Assembly: GCA_002269645.1 (NCBI GenBank)
Contig: NIVC01002703.1
Span: 1 to 64,000, forward strand
Length of the DNA: 64,000 nucleotides
Direction of reading: 5' to 3'
Source of the DNA: Macrostomum lignano
Lineage: Eukaryota
In this document: piece after piece, positions 61,943 through 64,000 of the stretch
Layout: every line of letters begins with the position of its first letter
Position numbering within the stretch: the stretch's first letter is position 1
Program-made: the position numbers and the translations under genes
Notes under the pieces: model-generated
The model's input: only the letters and a program-made list of their open reading frames with translations
Databases searched by the model: none
Told to the model about the DNA's origin: nothing

Positions 61943-62527
61943 TCTAAATATGAATAAGCAGTGGTTTTATTAGGAGGAAACCAGGGAATAATGATATTGT
62001 TTGTCATTTCAGACATTTTTTGCTTGGAAAGATAAAAAATGATCGAAATATAAAAGCAATTTTGTGCATTTGCCTCGAATAATTTCTAAGAAATAGTGTT
62101 TCCTGTATTTTACTCAAATTAATTTGTCTGATTGCATTGCTCTTGTCCTGCGTGCTTTGGTAAATTCTCTTTGCTGATGTTGTCTGTTTGCGTGCATTTT
62201 TATTTTGCTTCGCCTTTGGCGCCTGCTAAAGAGAAGAAAGGAAATTAATAAACATTTCTTGCGTGTTTGCCGTGGTCTATTGATTGTTAGACCCGGCGCT
62301 GAACTTTGGGAATGGGGACAGTGCGTTCTGTTGTCATTGGAGACTGTTGGCAACCAGTGGTTGTGTGCTTCAACTTTATTTTTGTACCGTTTATGGTTGA
62401 CTGAGTCCCTGAGTATCCCAATCATCAACTGCTCTCAGCATCTATACCGTCTCAACTACCTTAGTTATGAAATCTTCTGCATTTTCTGTTACAATATCTG
62501 AATCATATCTAGCAATAAAAATGGTTC

Positions 62528-64000
62528 CTATTCATATCTGAGCTCTCTTATTCATAGCTGAGTTGGCTCCTGTTCATAGCTGAGTTGGCTCCTGTTCATA
62601 TCTGAGCTCTCTTATTCATAGCTGAGTTGGCTCCTGTTCATAGCTGAGTTGGCTCCTGTTCATATCTGAGCTCTCTTATTCATAGCTGAGTTGGCTCCTG
62701 TTCATAGCTGAGTTGGCTCATTTTCATAGCTGAGTTGGCTCCTATTCATATCTGAGCTCTCTTATTCATAGCTGAGTTGGCTCCTGTTCATAGCTGAGTT
62801 GGCTCCTGTTCATAGCTGAGTTGGCTCCTATTCATATCTGAGCTCTCTTATTCATAGCTGAGTTGGCTCCTGTTCATAGCTGAGTGGCTCCTGTTCATAG
62901 CTGAGTTGGCTCCTGTTCATAGCTGAGTTGGCTCCTGTTCATAGCTGAGTTGGCTCCTGTTCATAGCTGAGTTGGCTCCTGTTCATAGCTGAGTTGGCTC
63001 CTGTTCATAGCTGAGTGGCTCCTGTTCATAGCTGAGTTGGCTCCTATTCATAGCTGAGTTGGCTCCTGTTCATAGCTGAGTTGGCTCCTGTTCATAGCTG
63101 AGTTGGCTCCTGTTCATAGCTGAGTGGCTCCTGTTCATAGCTGAGTTGGCTCCTGTTCATAGCTGAGTTGGCTCCTGTTCATAGCTGAGTTGGCTCCTGT
63201 TCATAGCTGAGTTGGCTCCTGTTCATAGCTGAGTTGGCTCCTGTTCATAGCTGAGTGGCTCCTGTTCATAGCTGAGTTGGCTCCTATTCATAGCTGAGTT
63301 GGCTCCTGTTCATAGCTGAGTTGGCTCCTGTTCATAGCTGAGTTGGCTCCTGTTCATAGCTGAGTTGGCTCCTGTTCATAGCTGAGTTGGCTCCTATTCA
63401 TAGCTGAGTTGGCTCCTATTCATAGCTGAGTTGGCTCCTGTTCATAGCTGAGTTGGCTCCTATTCATAGCTGAGTGGCTCCTATTCATAGCTGAGTTGGC
63501 TCCTGTTCATAGCTGAGTTGGCTCCTGTTCATAGCTGAGTTGGCTCCTGTTCATAGCTGAGTTGGCTCCTATTCATAGCTGAGTTGGCTCCTATTCATAG
63601 CTGAGTTGGCTCATATTCATAGCTGAGTTGGCTCCTATTCATAGCTGAGTTGGCTCCTGTTCATAGCTGAGTTGGCTCCTGTTCATAGCTGAGTTGGCTC
63701 CTGTTCATAGCTGAGTTGGCTCCTGTTCATAGCTGAGTTGGCTCCTATTCATAGCTGAGTTGGCTCCTATTCATAGCTGAGTTGGCTCATATTCATAGCT
63801 GAGTTGGCTCCTGTTCATAGCTGAGTTGGCTCCTGTTCATAGCTGAGTTGGCTCCTGTTCATAGCTGAGTTGGCTCCTGTTCATAGCTGAGTTGGCTCCT
63901 GTTCATAGCTGAGTTGGCTCCTGTTCATAGCTGAGTTGGCTCCTGTTCATAGCTGAGTTGGCTCCTGTTCATAGCTGAGTTGGCTCCTGTTCATAGCTGA
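62528..64000. repeat. 22-bp minisatellite (TCATAGCTGAGTTGGCTCCTGT), more than 60 copies, running off the window end
   Basis: direct inspection. Confidence 0.95.

Overview
AT-rich, repeat-dense eukaryotic (invertebrate animal) genomic DNA with GC-rich spliced genes. The composition, divergent rhodopsin-like GPCR and abundant minisatellites suggest a free-living flatworm such as Macrostomum, but this is inference only. Manually spliced genes: dymeclin (2 exons), beta-tubulin (2 coding exons plus a 5'UTR intron), a single-exon orphan class-A GPCR, a 132-aa uncharacterised protein (2 exons), a minus-strand 209-aa cupin-like protein with a mitochondrial-type presequence (2 exons), two tandem single-CRD TNF-receptor-like genes with BCMA/TACI-like Cys spacing, and SRP14 (3 exons). 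The ~10.4-kb first intron of SRP14 holds a nest of MITEs and a full-length Ty3/gypsy LTR retrotransposon whose RT motif is dead. A weaker candidate is a Cys-rich secreted precursor. Roughly a fifth to a quarter of the window is tandem arrays, each with its own 12-43 bp unit. Most array-containing segments I could place lie inside GT-AG introns, and several other arrays are tightly bracketed by splice-like signals. There are also several TSD-flanked non-autonomous DNA transposons, a composite foldback element, a CORE-type SINE and a MULE fossil. No CRISPR, rRNA or intact tRNA genes were seen.
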